The notes: generated from the letters alone by a model not told the origin. 64,000 nucleotides of DNA from Callorhinchus milii (GCF_018977255.1 NW_024704742.1:73968001-74032000), one strand, 5' to 3'. Numbered from the stretch's first letter, positions 1 to 13,606 are shown. Numbers and translations: made by a program.

Positions 1-720
1 AGGCTTGAGCCAAGTAAAACAGGATGGCTTTGATTTTACATCCAGTTGAATGAAGTTAAGGCTCATCCACGATTTAGTTTGTGAAAGTCGGTCAAAAACA
101 ACAACAAAATTACATGTGTAACCATCTGAGGTCCTGGAGTTGGGTAAATTTAGGTGTCGTCGGCATACATGTGGAACTTAACCTCATGCTTTTTGATGGT
201 GCTAACAACAGCAAAATTACATTTGTATAGCACCTTTCACGTCGGGAGGACGTCTCAAAGCGCTTAATAAAGGGAAGCATGTAGATAACAAAAAGGAGAA
301 GGTCTTCTGGTGTTCTTCTGGTGTAAAGTGTGGGAGTGAAGAGAGAAGACATTTGAAGAGACCTTGGCCTTAAAAAGGGTTGGTCTAGAAGTGTGAGCAG
401 GAAGGAAAGACTGTGAAGAAGGAATGATGAATGGTGTTAAAGCGACAAACTAGCTCAAGCAAGAACAGGAAATCTTGGTTCCTGACTGAAAGAAAATCAA
501 TGATAATTTTGACTGGGCTTTCTCAGTGCTGTGGGCAGGAAGCATTCCAGACCAGAGTCTTGAACAGGAAATGGTGGAATTGGTGGGAGATAACTGGGAG
601 GTGATGACAGGTTCCAGTAGTTTGGAGAAGGCAGGTTGGAGATGTAATTAAAGTTAGGATTGAAAGGGTCAAGGTGTTTTTTTTCAGGAGGGGCTGAACT
701 TTAGCCAATTTTTATCTTGT
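1..720 (-). mobile_element. Old L2-like LINE fragments with a short younger L2 tail at ~205-265
   Basis: Reverse-strand FHMYADDT remnant near 150-185; tail stem-loop with AAC repeats. Confidence 0.6.
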
Positions 721-959
721 AGATGTTAATTAACGTTTTATGTATTTCCACCGTTTCTGCTTCTATGGTTTAAACAAAGGTGTAACAGATGCTCAATAGC
801 TTCAGATTTATTTCATGTGTTAAAAAACCTGTAAAATCGATGGATGTAAAATAAAAGTAACTTTCCATCTCTGAATGTATCTTTTCAAAAAAATACAGAT
901 GTTGTGGTGCTCTTATTTAGTGAAAGGGATTTAACTAACCTTTCTGTGTGTCTTTATAG

Positions 960-1021
960 TCCAGCGAGTGGCACTCTATCATCAGGAACTGTTTCTTTGT
1001 AGACTTCAACATATTAGAAAG
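960..1021 (+). CDS. DGKQ: DGKQ internal coding exon (QRVALYHQELFLCRLQHIRK); upstream exons lie outside the window
   Basis: tttatag acceptor and AAG|gtgaga donor; peptide resembles vertebrate DGK-theta 'VQRTML...LLDRLQDIRQ'; joins the next exon in frame. Confidence 0.8.
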
Positions 1022-1994
1022 GTGAGAAATTAAACAAGCTTATTTTTTGTGAAAGTTGTATATCTTAATTAACTTAATTTGTATCAACATGGAATCAGCT
1101 GATGAGCTGCATTTTAGTGATTAGTATGAATGTTAGTCAAAGGAACAATCTCATTTATGCCATTCTCAGACATGTAGACGTCACAGGTGAAAGCTTAAGG
1201 GAAGTGAACAATCACAGGTAAATCTTCCAAAGAGCTAAAGCTTCATTAAATGTCTTAATTGAAGGTAAACTCAGTGATGCTCTCCTATATGATCAGTTTT
1301 AGTACTGACCAGTGAAGTTCTACAGATAACTGTCCCATTGCCCCACATGTGGATCATATTGAATTCTGTAGAGCAGTCACCTCTGTCTATATATATTCTT
1401 CAGTCTTTTTGTTAATCAAATATTCATCCAAATCTATATTTAATTCCTTTTAATTGGTGGGAACAGTGCAGTTAATGTACACATTTTAAGATATCATCAT
1501 ACACATACATATTTTGTGAGCTGTCATTATTAAGTTTACGTGGTTCTTACAAGGGTGTATTGAATACACTGGAACTGTACCTTAGTTTTGTTGCATGTTG
1601 GAAACATCTATTCTAAGTCGCACTCTTTAATAGAGACACGGATTCATGTCTAGAACTTCATGGCATAAAGCTCTTGCTTTGTGATTTCAATGAGAGAAAC
1701 TCATCAAAGGCAAAATATTAAGAATCAATGTTGGGCTAATAGACATGTTTTTGCCCACAAAATCCACAGTCACTTCACTTTAAGATATGTTTTGAGATAT
1801 GCTCTTGACATGAAAGGTGTCATATCAAATACAAATATGATTATATTGATAGTGACAGAAACCAAAACACATTATGTGCGTGCTAGGCTTGTGTTCAAAA
1901 GTGGATTTCAATGAACAATTGCATCCCCTCCCCAAGGTCCTGGATGCGTTATATAAAATCAATAGTCCCCCCCATCTACAGCATATTTTCCCCA

Positions 1995-3812
1995 AACAAC
2001 AACAACAACAAGATTCCATTTATAGAGCGCCTTTCACATCGGGAGGACGTCCCAAGGCGCTGTACAGTTAGGTCAGGACCCGAGCAGGGGGGAAATGGTC
2101 AGGGGGAGGGGAGCAAAGGGAGGGGGCGAGGAAGGGGTAGAGAGTCAAGAGGGGAGCTGAAGGCACAGTCAAAGAGAAAGGTCTTGAGACCGGCCTTGAA
2201 GGAGGAAAGGGAGGAGGCGGCGAAGGCACTGGGGGATAGAGTTCCAGAGCCTCGGGGCTGAGAGGCTGAAGGCCCGTCCACCGATGGTAGGGCGGTTGGG
2301 GCGGGGGATGTGGAGCAGACCGGAGCCAGAGGAACGGAGGGTACGGGCAGGTAGGTAGGGGGATAGTAGGTCGGAGAGGTAGGAGGGAGCGAGGCCGTGA
2401 ATGGCCTTGTAGGTGAGGATGAGGATCTTGAATTCGATCCTCTGGGGGATGGGGAGCCAGTGGAGGCGAGCGAGGGTGGGAGTGATGTGGTCGCGGTGTC
2501 TGGTGCGGGACAGTACACGAGCTGCAGAGTTCTGAATGACCTGCAGTGTGGAGGGAGGTGCCGGGAAGGCCGGCGAGGAGAGAGTTCCCATAGTCCAGCC
2601 TTGAGGTGATAAAGGCGTGGACCAGGGTTTCAGCCGCGTGAGGGGTGAGGTAGTGCCGTAGTCTGGCGATGTTTTGGAGGTGATGGAAGAAAGGACAGCT
2701 CAGGGTCGAACAAAACGCCGAGGTTCCTGACTGGCTTTGAGAGGTGGACAGCGCAGCCTTGGATGCTGATGCTGTCAGCGCCTGAGGTGCGGAGGGCCTC
2801 AGTTTTACGCACGTTGAGCTGAAGAAAGTTGTCTCTCGTCCAGGACTCGATGTCGGACAGGCAGCTGTCAGGACATCGGTGGTCGTGGAGTTGAGGGTAG
2901 AGGAGGAAAGGTAGAGTTGGGTGTCATCCGCATACATGTGGAAGTTAACCCCATGTCTGCGGATGATGTCACCACAGGGGGAGCATATAGAGGGTGAAGA
3001 GGAGGGGACCGAGGACAGAGCCCTGAGGGACACTGCACGAGACAGTACGGGGGCCGGAGGAAAAAACGTTTGTGGAAACAAAATGAAGACGGTGGAAGAG
3101 ATACGACCTAAACCACTCAAGGACAGGGCCTTGATGGTTGAGGTGGGAGGACAGGCGGTGGAGGAGGATAGCGTGGTCGACCGTATCGAATGCTGCCGAT
3201 AGGTCGAGGAGGACAAGGAGGCAGAGGGAGCCCTGGTCGCAGATGGTCAGGATGTCATTGGTGACCTTGACCAGGGCAGTTTCTGTGCTGTGGGCAGCAC
3301 GGAAACCTGACTGAAGGGGTTCGAATAGTGAATGGATGGAGAGGAAAGAGCGCAGCTGAGAGGCGACAACTCTTTCAAGGACCTTGGACAGGAAGGGGAG
3401 GTTGGAGATGGGCCGGTAGCTTGATAGCTGCGACGCATCAAAGGAGGGATTTTTCAAAGTGGGAGTGATGATGGCAGTTTTTAAGGGAATGGGAACAGAG
3501 CCAGAGGAGAGAGAAGGACAGGTTGATGATGTCTGTGATATGTGGGGCAAGGAGGTGGAGCTGAGAGATAAGGAGTGGAGTGGGAATGGGGTCAAGGGAG
3601 CAGGTGGTGGGTTTCAGGGATAGGATGAGTTTGGTGACAGAGGGTGGGGAAACGGTATGAAGGTGTGTAGGGGAGAATGGGTCGGAGTCGGAGTGTGGAA
3701 GGGAGGGGGGTGGGTGGAGGTTGGAGGGGGAGTGACCGTGGAGCGGATTCCCTTGATTTTGGATTCAAGGAAATCCAGCATCTCCTCACAGTGAAGGTTA
3801 GAATCCCCTGGA
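1995..3812 (-). mobile_element. 5'-truncated, frameshifted L2-clade LINE (RT domain to 3' tail)
   Basis: YRPISNLPFLSKVLE, LDLSAAFDTVDH, VPQGSVLGP, FHMYADDTQLY, SRLDYGN, LHWLP across shifted frames; AGCGCCTT..AAGGCGCT stem plus (TTG)n tail. Confidence 0.93.
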
Positions 3813-4265
3813 TCAAGACTAATGCAAGCAGGAAAAATCAGTGAATCCCTTTTTAAGTGATATTGATTTGTGTTGCATGAATGAATAATCAACACCTTTT
3901 ATTTAGCATTAAGAGAAATTAAACACATGAACCCATCATTCCCTTCCAAAACCTAATGTTATGATAACTCAATAAGAAGGAGGTGTACTCTAAAACCATT
4001 GAGTAATCATTGATATTTTCTATTGCTTTAGAGCACTGAACAAATAGGATGTGGAAGAGGAGCAATGGAAGTTTATCATGACCAATGTATCCAACAAATT
4101 ATAATTCAAACCTGTCACTCTCTTTACGTATAAAAGCCAGATTGCAGATTCCATTTCAGCAGTTGTAATTTTTAAGATTAACTAGAACATGCTTTGATGA
4201 TATTTCTTTGCCTTGTATACAGATTAGCATTGTCTTATTGTGCAATGACATTCTCTGCTTTGCAG

Positions 4266-4416
4266 ACATCAATTCGACAAATGAATCAGACCCGGTTTTA
4301 TATCACAAAGAACAAGAATTCAGTGGTGCAGATCATACTTTTGGTTATAGGCCTCCCACCTAAGCTGTCTGAGGAAGATTATCTCGCCCTCCTGAAGAAG
4401 CACTTAGACATCAAAA
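4266..4416 (+). CDS. DGKQ: DGKQ exon (TSIRQMNQTRFYITKNKNSVVQIILLVIGLPPKLSEEDYLALLKKHLDIK)
   Basis: ttgcag acceptor, A|gtaagt donor; resembles DGK-theta 'SVRQVSQTRFY...VGGLPPGLS'. Confidence 0.9.
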
Positions 4417-4627
4417 GTAAGTTGTGTGCACAAGAAAGGAGAAAAGTATGATAAAATAATCAAGGGTAAATTTAAAAAAAGGTAAATGTGTCGTCTCTGT
4501 AGTGCGTTCATCTCGCATGCAAAACATTAGGCAAGTTTCCCTAGTTTAAGTGCCTCTGTTTACCGAGCAGTAAGTAGTGACCCGATTGTCAATTGGCGGA
4601 TTGCTTTCCAGGGGTAATGGTTTGTTT

Positions 4628-5065
4628 GTCAGCCTGGCGCAGTGGTAGCACTCTTGTATCTGATTCAGAAAGTTGTGGGTTCAAGCCCCACGTCGGGACT
4701 TGCAATCACATAGTCTAAGGTGACGCTCCAATGCAGTGCTGGGATTGTGTGTTGCATTGTCAGAGGTGCTGTCCTTCGGATGAGATGTTAAACCGAGGTA
4801 CCACCTGCCTGTTCAGGTGGATGTTAAAGATCCCATTGCACTATTTGAAAAGAGAAGGGAGTTTCTCTCAGTGTCCTGGCCAACAATCCCCCAAATAAAA
4901 TTGGTTACTCACTCCATAGCTGTTCGTGAGATATTGCTGTGCGCTACTGGCTGCTGCGCTTCACCCATAAAATACACAATCAATCCACTTTACAGTATAT
5001 CCTGTAGAGCTTTGAGGTGTCTCAATAACGTGATAAGGTGCTATATCAAATGCAAGGATTATTAT
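4628..5065 (+). mobile_element. tRNA-derived Deu-domain SINE (SacSINE1/AmnSINE1-like)
   Basis: A box (tggcgcagtgg), B box (gttcaagcc), Deu-like core 'cggatgagatgttaaaccgagg...caggtggatgttaaagatccca', L2-type tail with (TTA)n. Confidence 0.85.
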
Positions 5066-5240
5066 AGTAAAACCATTAACCTCAGGAGGGTATATTAACG
5101 TATAACTGCTTGGCTTTATTTGAATAATGGTACAAATATTGTACAAGTACTAAACAAACTAAATTTTCATGTGTGTCTTTGAACAGAACTAAGTAGACTA
5201 TTACATCAGCTGAAGTAATTCTTTTTCTTTTTAATCTCAG

Positions 5241-5279
5241 GTAACCTAATATCTCTAAGTTACGTTTACGCAATTCAAG
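5241..5279 (+). CDS. DGKQ: DGKQ 39-nt micro-exon (SNLISLSYVYAIQG)
   Basis: Polypyrimidine tract plus ctcag acceptor, CAAG|gtaaga donor; phase 1-1 fits both neighbours; aligns to 'ATVVSVSHIYSSQG'. Confidence 0.85.
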
Positions 5280-6612
5280 GTAAGATTTTCCCCCCCCCAC
5301 CCCAGTTTTTGTTATGTTTGGGGGAATGCATTCCAAGAAAAAAATGGTCAATTGAAGTTCTTTATTTAAATAGAGAAATTCCTGGGGGCAGTGCAACTGA
5401 TGAATTGCTGCTTTTCTTCAACTGTTTAATTTTTGGGGGTTGGCCAGACATATGTCTGACATATGCAAAAAAACATCATCAGACACAGGTCAGCACAAGC
5501 CAAGGCTGGGGTACCCGGGATTGTGAAGTCTAACTTGCTAAAACTGCCAATGAGAGCACTGCCTGACAAGCTTTCCTGCTGCTTGTCCAGCAAGGACCAT
5601 CCTACCTGTTACGGCTTTAACTTGCAGGGTTAACGGGAGCTGGTTGGGAAGAGTCCCTGCTCCAGTGACTGGACTGCGCTTCCAAGTCTTGCCGGTGAGC
5701 CAGTGAGCAACTTAAACTGTTGCTCTGTTTCTCCCTTACTCACCTTGACTTTCCCTTTTCTTTGTTCAGGTCTTTTTGTCTTCCTCTGACATTGGTTGAA
5801 TGGCCCACTTCCTTGTCATTGTACTAGGTACAAAGTACAGCATCCCCAAGAAATGCTCACTGTTGGATTGTTCAGTGTGCTCCAGATTGTATGTTGGCGT
5901 GATAGCTTGTTTGATTAATAATGTTTCCTTCAGCTAGAGGCATTTCTAAGCAATCAGCATCACTGGAGAGTAAAATACAGTTGTGATACCTACTTGTAAT
6001 CAAAGCATATCATAAATATTAGTGTTTTGTGGTACCCATGCATAGTTTGGGGAATATGGTTTTAAATACTTTTCTAATTGTGAATTCTGCATATTTTGAA
6101 GACAGAAGTCTTTACTCAAAACGCAGCAATTTGCTGTGTCTGAAAGCAGCATTGCATGATCATAGTCACACCTATTTTCAGAGCAGTTATCTAACTCACA
6201 ATGACTCACAATGATGTATGAATCAGATCTTGGCACCTGGAAATGCTTGACTGAAAGGTTGAGACCACACCTCCATCAACTTCTTTGCATTATTCCATTG
6301 TGTTAGTTATTCCTCCTTCCTATTTGGGTTGCAGTTATTTTCTACGTCCCTTTACTAGAAACAACATTAGGAGTTGGAAGTTCAGAACTTTCTTTATTTG
6401 AGATATTGATGCATTAAATTAAATTATATTCAAATGGGAACCTATTATTTGCATTAATATTAAGAGTAGGATAGAGAATCATGGATGATTGAAAGTGAAT
6501 TTCAGAATTGCAATCTAATTGCAGAATTCAAGTAAAAATTATAGATTGCTCGCTAAAGCCACAATATTGGAGCACAGATTTATGTTTCTGTGGTTTTGTT
6601 ATGAGGTATCCT

Positions 6613-6926
6613 GTGGAGTTCTATAGCTAAGTGTTTAGAGCACTCGCCTCGTAAGCGAGAGACCTGGTTTCGATTCCTGGCAGGGTGAAACCTTGGGAAA
6701 GTTTCCTTACTCCACACGCCTGATAATAATCCCTCAAGAAAAAAAAAATAATTTGATCACTCATCCACGACTGTTTGTGGGACACTGCTGTGCGCAATTG
6801 GCTGCCGCATTTCACCCATAAAATATACAGTCAATTCACTTTACAGTATATTCTGTGAAGCGCTTTGAGACGTCTAGAAGACTTGAAAAGAGCTATATCA
6901 AATGTAAGGATTATTATTATTATTAT
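6613..6926 (+). mobile_element. Short tRNA-derived SINE (tRNA head, Deu 3' part, L2-type tail)
   Basis: tagctaagtg and ttcgattcc boxes; shared 'gctgtgcgcaattggctgccgc' block; tail ending (TTA)n. Confidence 0.85.
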
Positions 6927-7098
6927 TGTTTATTTTGGGGCACCTTAATCCTATTTTGTTCTTTTATTGCTGCTGTTTGAGCTCTATTGTGGCCATGGTG
7001 CTGGGTAGTTTAGTGATCTGGTGTTGGCCGGTAGCTGGATTTACTACAGACAAAATCAGTTTTATGGTAAATATTATAGTTGGTTTGTTTGTTCACAG

Positions 7099-7214
7099 GT
7101 GCAGTCGTACTGGATATCTCGTGCTTTACAGAAGCAGAGAGGATTTACATGCTAGTTAAAGATATTATTATCCACGATAAACAACTCACATCTATCATAA
7201 TTCCTGAAATTCGG
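7099..7214 (+). CDS. DGKQ: DGKQ exon (GAVVLDISCFTEAERIYMLVKDIIIHDKQLTSIIIPEIR)
   Basis: ttcacag acceptor, CGG|gtaaga donor; resembles 'GAVVLDVACFAEAERLYML'. Confidence 0.92.
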
Positions 7215-7859
7215 GTAAGAGATCTGAGGAGCTCATTGCACTGACCTTGCTGATAAGAGGAACACACTGCCCATTTAATGCAGGTTTTACTAAACTCTGT
7301 ACAGCTACTTTCTTATAAGAAGTTGGCATTACTGAAGGAAGATATCATTTTTTAATATTAAAAAAAGTTTACTTGTCTTTTTTCAAAACAGTGTTAGATT
7401 AACTGATGGGACCTGGTGTGGGTAATAATACAGTGGACTCACAAGCAAATGCTTCTGATTGGACACATTTAATGAGAATTCTACACAATACATTGTGCTG
7501 GGTGGGGATTTGGGGGGGAAATAACCATGTATGTGCAATCTAATAAATGTAATAATTCAGCCTTTTATGGTAGCCCATACCTTCTCAACCTATCTTATTG
7601 TATCCTGTTTTTGTATAACTCATGAGCACCACAGCCTAGAGTGAGATATGGAATTGGCTTGTGAATTGCTGAGTTCCTTTCAAACTGCAATCACCCAGTT
7701 TTTTACTATGAAGTTCCCTCCCAGAATGATGGCATGTGCACTACGCTCACAATCACTAACAAGCACACAGATTACACTTCAGTTACAACAGCCAGGCGAT
7801 CCCTTCTACAGTCTGTGATTCACCAAAACAAAGTTGATAGTTTGCAGTAATTTTCTTAG

Positions 7860-8060
7860 AAAATAGCGTTGGACAGTGGAGTCTTGGAGTGTTTTCCAAA
7901 AGACATTGGGGTCACCTCTGGGGAGAGGACAACATCAGGACAGACATTTGAAAGTTTTCTTTAGTCAGAGGCCGATTAACGAATGGATCAGGTTGCTAGA
8001 AAGGGTGGTTAAGGCCGGGACACTGAACATCTAAAAAAAAAGCTTGACTCTGTGATGTGA
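7860..8060 (+). mobile_element. Degraded CR1 LINE 3' fragment
   Basis: Remnant of the CR1 ORF2 end (FFSQR..N.W..L...VV...FK..LD). Confidence 0.55.
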
Positions 8061-9894
8061 GGTGGGTATTCCAGAACGATGAGATCAAATGACTAATCCA
8101 AACCGTTGTTTGGATGAAGGTAGCCATTTGATCTCATTGTTCTGGAGTTTTCCCAAAGTGGGTTACAATCTTTCTATTGGAGAGATTTTACAGTCTTTGT
8201 ATTTGCAGTTTTTTCTGTTGACTTGACCCGCAATGTTTGGGAAAGTGAGTTGTCCCATGGCTGTGGGAACAGAGACCTCTGTAGTGTCTGTTCTCTGTTG
8301 CGCATCTCCTTGTGCTGGTTTACATAGCACCACCAGCCTGCAAACTGCCTTCCCTGCCAGAGATTGCTGGATGATGGTGTGAGGCTAAAGAACAAGCAAT
8401 AATCATAGAAACAATGAGATAAGGAATAAACGTGAACTTATTGTTGCACACGTGGTTATGTGGGTAATAATCATTTCTCAATATTTTAAGTAAATACTCC
8501 TCTGTGGGGTTAACTGACTTTTGAGGTGCCCAGTGCAGATGGTAACTGAAGCTGAACTTTATGTGAAACCTATTGGGTGATTAATTTACCGTTTTGTAAC
8601 ATTCTGAAGCTACTGAAGCTGTTTCACTTCAAATATCGTGGTGTTTAACATACAAAAATATTGTAAAATTGAACGTGTTTCGTATTTGTTCTGCCAATGT
8701 CAATTTTTTCTTACTAGCTGCTTTCCCAGAGGTTATCAGGTAAGGGTTTGGTTGTAGTCGATAGTATAGGACCAGATATAGAGCCAGAATATCTGTCTTA
8801 GGTACAGACTGTCAAGTTCTGCTTTTAGAAATCAAGTTATCTTGATGCATCTATCTCAGTTTTCTTTATTGCTGAATCTATATACATTGAGATACTTTAA
8901 CATTAATTTTTGAAGGTATTTCTCAGAAGGCAGATTGTTTGAATTCAAAAGACTGTCAGTATATACAATGCATTTTAAATGCATATTGTATTATTGAGAG
9001 TTCCATCAATCCAAACATTTTTATAAATCATAAATAAGGGTATTTTGTACTGTTGAATTAACATGAAATGCATTGTCATTTCTATCTGTCTCTGTATATT
9101 ACTCTTTTATTGTAGGTGCATTTGCATTTTTAAAGTTTTTATTAAACTTTTATTAAATATACAAAATAAACATAAATGGATTCATTTGAGAAGACGAACT
9201 GCTTCCTACAGAATTTGCTCCATGTATCAGATTATTCACTCCTTTTTGAATGTCTGCAATCTATTAATATGTAGATCATTAAAGTGACAATCTTAATTGA
9301 CTGGGGAACACCCATTAATCCCACTAAGGTCTCACCAATTGTTATTTTCTGGTAATAATATACCTGCAGTATGAGAAGCTTAGAAATCCCTAAGTGGTAT
9401 GGGACTCGGCAGAGATTTTGCATTTATAGACTATAACCATAAGTGTGAAACTGACATTACTTTCAAATGTTGGTTAACAAATAGCATATCATTATCAAAG
9501 CCTAACTAGATAAACATAGAAGAATGTCATCCTTTATGCTGAAACCCAGAAGATGGTCAGAAAGTTGTCCCATGGCATGAGTGCCAGATCACAGTGAGTA
9601 AGTGCTGTAGCCAAAACATTTCATCTTACATTTGTTATGGCTGGTACATACTTTATATCTATTTTGAATGCAGATAAAAGCAAGTAATGTCAAAAGTTTG
9701 AATTTGAGTTTGCTGGCATCTAAGCTCAATATTTTAACAAAAGAGATGTAACACGAAAAGCATGAGTCGTGAAAAAAAAAAGAGCCACCTGAATGGGAAT
9801 GTATCTGACAGATATTTTAACTGTTACTAGATTTATGTTTACTGTGTAGACTAAGGCTTTGCTTCCCTAGTAATATAATAACTTTTTGTATTAG

Positions 9895-10046
9895 TACAAG
9901 CAGGTGCCGCAGGACTGTTGTCCTCTCCTTCTCTTCGTGAATCCAAAAAGTGGGGGCCTTAAAGGCCGGGAGCTGCTATGCAGCTTCCGAAAACTGCTGA
10001 ACCCACATCAGGTCTTTGACCTTTCTAATGGAGGACCTCTGCCTGG
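9895..10046 (+). CDS. DGKQ: DGKQ exon, start of DAGK catalytic domain ([43 protein letters not shown])
   Basis: DGK motif FVNPKSGG; attag acceptor, GG|gtaaag donor. Confidence 0.97.
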
Positions 10047-10089
10047 GTAAAGTGCCATTTTGTATTTAATTACATGGGGAAGCAAAGTA

Positions 10090-10980
10090 CAGTAGAACCT
10101 CACTAATCCGGGCACTCAAAGAACTGGGTAAAAGTGACCTTGGTGAGGTGACCTGATTACTGAACAACAACAACAACAACAAGATTCCATTTATAGAGCG
10201 CCTTTTACGTCGGGAGGACGTCCCAGGTCGGGTGATTCAGGTCACTGATGTAATGTTAATGGCATTGGTAATGAGAAAAAGGTGATGAACATTCAACAAC
10301 CATACTTTGCACTCTCATTAAAATAAAGGCATTGTCGCATTTAAAACAAAAGCTGTCGTGTATTCAGTTTACCTTTTGAGAATGCATCCAAATTGTGTTC
10401 TGGCAATGCCATAGATCACAGCTAACTGTGACTGTTGCGCTTGCTGTTTTTGATTAAGTCCATTCTCTCACACAAGGACAGCTCCTTCCATGGTGGCGTG
10501 TCTACAACACTTGTCAACAGTCACTTAATCAAAACAAACAATGTTCACACAAACCATGTGCTCTGAATACAGCACTTACCAAGAATTGGCCGCAGGAGCT
10601 CAGGTTAGGCCGCGGGCGCCGGGTAAAGTAGATTTTCAGCTCGCGCCGCTTCCGCGATCCCAACACTCCCCGCGCCGCGTATCCATGACCGGAGCCCACT
10701 CTACCCACAGTAGGAGCGTCGAGGATACAGCGCGAGAAGCCCGAGGCCTAGCGCACTCTGTACAGGTTAATAGTGGAGGAGGGTGTTTGTACTGGGTTCA
10801 AAGCAGAAGAGGGAGCTGTAGTGGCCACAATCAATGACCGTTGTCCTGAATAGTGAGATCTCTGGTTTACTGAAGCAGACAGACTATCTTTTAATATTGT
10901 CAGTGAAAGAGACTGAAAATGTGCCCACAATTGTGTGGTGGCTGGACTACTGAGGTGACCGCATACCGGGTTTCTACTAC
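10090..10980. mobile_element. Tc1/mariner (Tigger-like) non-autonomous element with a nested L2 tail at ~10163-10227
   Basis: ta|cagtagaacctcactaatccgg left end and degenerate ...ccgggtttctacta right end. Confidence 0.5.
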
Positions 10981-11161
10981 ACTGTGGAACAAAAACTTAT
11001 TAACTCAATATCCAATTAGTTTCCACAGACACCAGAGCCATTTTAAGCTTTTGTTTCTCTCGTTCCCAGCAGTCACAGTGCAACTTGCTAGTCCACTTAT
11101 TCCACACTACTTCGTTTTATTTTTAAATAGTTTAAATTTCTTTCATCACTTTTTTCTGCAG

Positions 11162-11310
11162 ACTCCACACATTCCGCCATGTTCCATATTTCCGAATACT
11201 GGTTTGTGGAGGAGACGGAACGGTTGGCTGGGTTCTTGGTGGACTGGAAGAACTCCGATTTAAACTGAGCTGTTCAGAACCTCCTGTGGCTATATTACCG
11301 TTGGGAACAG
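11162..11310 (+). CDS. DGKQ: DGKQ exon with ATP-binding GGDGT motif ([17 protein letters not shown]...AILPLGT)
   Basis: GGDGTVGW and LPLGT motifs; ctgcag acceptor, G|gtaagg donor. Confidence 0.97.
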
Positions 11311-12634
11311 GTAAGGCAGAGAACACCCAGCTCTTCTACAAATACTGAATAACCATGATCCTGCCCATTTCTTTCAATGTTGTGAATGGTATTATTGAAC
11401 TGTCTGAATACTGTTGATTGAGGTTTACAGAAATAGTTGGTACTTCATGGATTTTTTAAGGTCCCACCAACTCTCTAGTGAAGTTGATCATGTGAGGCCC
11501 AAAGAACACTTTCAGATAGATCTTATGAAGTGAAATTTTCTTAGATTTATTCATTGTAGTAGGAGACATTTTCAGAACATTTCCTCTGAGGATGAAATGA
11601 ATGAAGTCCATGGTAGAGAGAGTTGTGTGGGGGTTGTTCATGCTATCGGTTGATGGGCTAGATGGCTTCTTCTCATTCCATGCTTTTTGTTTTCTAAGAT
11701 GAATACTGTTATAATTCCATGGAAATTCTCCGCTTACATTACAGCTGAACAGTTTACAAAAATCTTCTGCACTTAAGGAGAAATCAAAAGCACAGTATTA
11801 ATTCTCCAGAGAGACTCATTCAGGATCAGGAGAATTTGCTCAATCAATAAGTGCTCTAATGATCTCAAATGGCAATTGGCATCCTTTTCATTCTTGAATA
11901 CCATTGACAATATTGATCATTTCACTCATTCAGTCATATGGTGTCTTCATTAACTCAGCAGAGACTGATATTGTTTTGATTCCTGGATATGGACACAATG
12001 GATACGCTATCACAGTTGAACATTAACATGCATTATGTACTTGCTTCATATTACAATCCCATTACCTGTCACCATGCTTTAGAAATTCGGGAATTATCTA
12101 GTAATTCGCTTCTGATTATATTGTATTTAATTTTGACTTTATCTTCTATTTGTTTCTCAGTCCTGGTGTCTAACTGGCCTACTTTGTAATGAAGCCAAAG
12201 GCTTTGAATAACCTTCGTGTTTCGCTGTTCTGCCTGTTAACTGCTGAGTCTTCCTCCTATCAACATTCTATTTCTTTCTAATAAATCTCAAACTGTGCTA
12301 CTGTAAACTGTTTCTTTTACGTGAAAGGTACTATATAAATATAAGTTCAGTTTGAGAGGCTTATCATGCACTAGGACATTGAGCATCAACCAAGTGAGCA
12401 AAATGTTCAGCGACGTTATGCAGTTTCAACAAACAGCTAAAATTTGATTGAGAAAAGAGCCCGAATGCCTGTTACTGGACAATCGAATTCTGTTGATAAA
12501 CCTGGAGGGTCTGCCAACTAAGAAAATGTACTAAAGTGTCAAACTGTTGAATTGTTCAGTGTACCCACAAATGTGTACTGCTAACCAGCCATTACATTGC
12601 TTCAGAAGCCACATTACATTCACATGTAAATTTC

Positions 12635-13120
12635 CGTGGCTGGAATGCAATCCAGTGTCTCCCTGAAGGACTGCACCTTGTTTATCCAATCCCAGAAAGT
12701 ATTAGGCTCAGGTTGGCAAGAGCCAAGGCTTGAGTATGCCAAATTGGGTGTTGGGATACTGCTAGAGTTTAACCAGATAAAACACATAGCTTGCCACTAA
12801 AAGCACTGTCTGGCAAACTACCTGCTGCTTATCCAGCTAGGACCACCCTACCCATCAAGGCTATGGCTTGCAAGGTTAACGAACTGAGTGCGAAGAATCC
12901 CTGCCCTCAGTGACTGGTCTGCCCTTCCAGATCCTGCCGATGCGCCAGGCTGGGCTTTGTTGTCATCGGCAGTGCCCTGGAATGCTGCTTACCCGCCTGA
13001 CTGAGGAACTGGACTCGAGACTGCCACCCGGGGCTGCCTCAATTCCGACATTCCATTGGCAAACATGTCATCTTGGGGCCAGTTCAGACTCAGAGTAACC
13101 CCGTTTACCACTCCCTTCAC
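12635..13120 (+). repeat. Unclassified interspersed repeat (other copies near 5490, 27050, 34240, 39230, 52490, 57470, 59520)
   Basis: Shared blocks such as 'catagcttgcca..gcactgtctggcaa', 'ctaggaccaccctacc' and 'cagtgactggtctgcccttcca'. Confidence 0.8.
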
Positions 13121-13424
13121 CCTCAAAGGATTAGTTCTAATAATTGATTAGCTAATTAGGGGAAAAGTCAAATTTCTTTCATAGATTTGAATAGCTAAAT
13201 TAAATCACCGAATCGCCCCAAATTCCAGGAATTCATTGCGTATGAAGGTTAGTTTATTGCATTCTTTCTTAAATTCTTGTTAAATAAACAAAGTGCTAAG
13301 TGCAACAAACTTCAAACCCTTTCAGACATCCCCTTCTGTTGACATTGCTGCTGATGATGACTTTGCAAACCTTCAATCCTTAAAGTTGAGGCATTGCTGA
13401 TGTTTTTTCTCATGCCTTTGCTAG

Positions 13425-13606
13425 GCAATGATTTGGCAAGGGTGCTTCGCTGGGGTCCCGGTTATAGTGGAGATGATCCCTATTCCATTCTGTTGGCTGT
13501 CGATGAAGCAGAGGAGATCCTGGTTGATCGTTGGACAATCCTGTTAGATTCCCAGGAAGCTGTCGATGACCCTGAAAATGGCATTCCAGAGCTCGAGCCA
13601 CCAAAG
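13425..13606 (+). CDS. DGKQ: DGKQ exon (GNDLARVLRWGPGYSGDDP...DRWTILLD...EPPK)
   Basis: GNDLARVLRWG motif; ctag acceptor, AAG|gtacct donor. Confidence 0.97.

Noticed and set aside
2068..3816. RT-like ORFs as an active retrotransposon or a prokaryotic RT system
   Set aside because: Frameshifted, 5'-truncated L2 copy with no endonuclease domain, in a vertebrate intron
12190..12300. Penelope-like terminal repeat remnants (also ~29300-29420 and ~35960-36050)
   Set aside because: Too degraded to support by eye; would need a profile search
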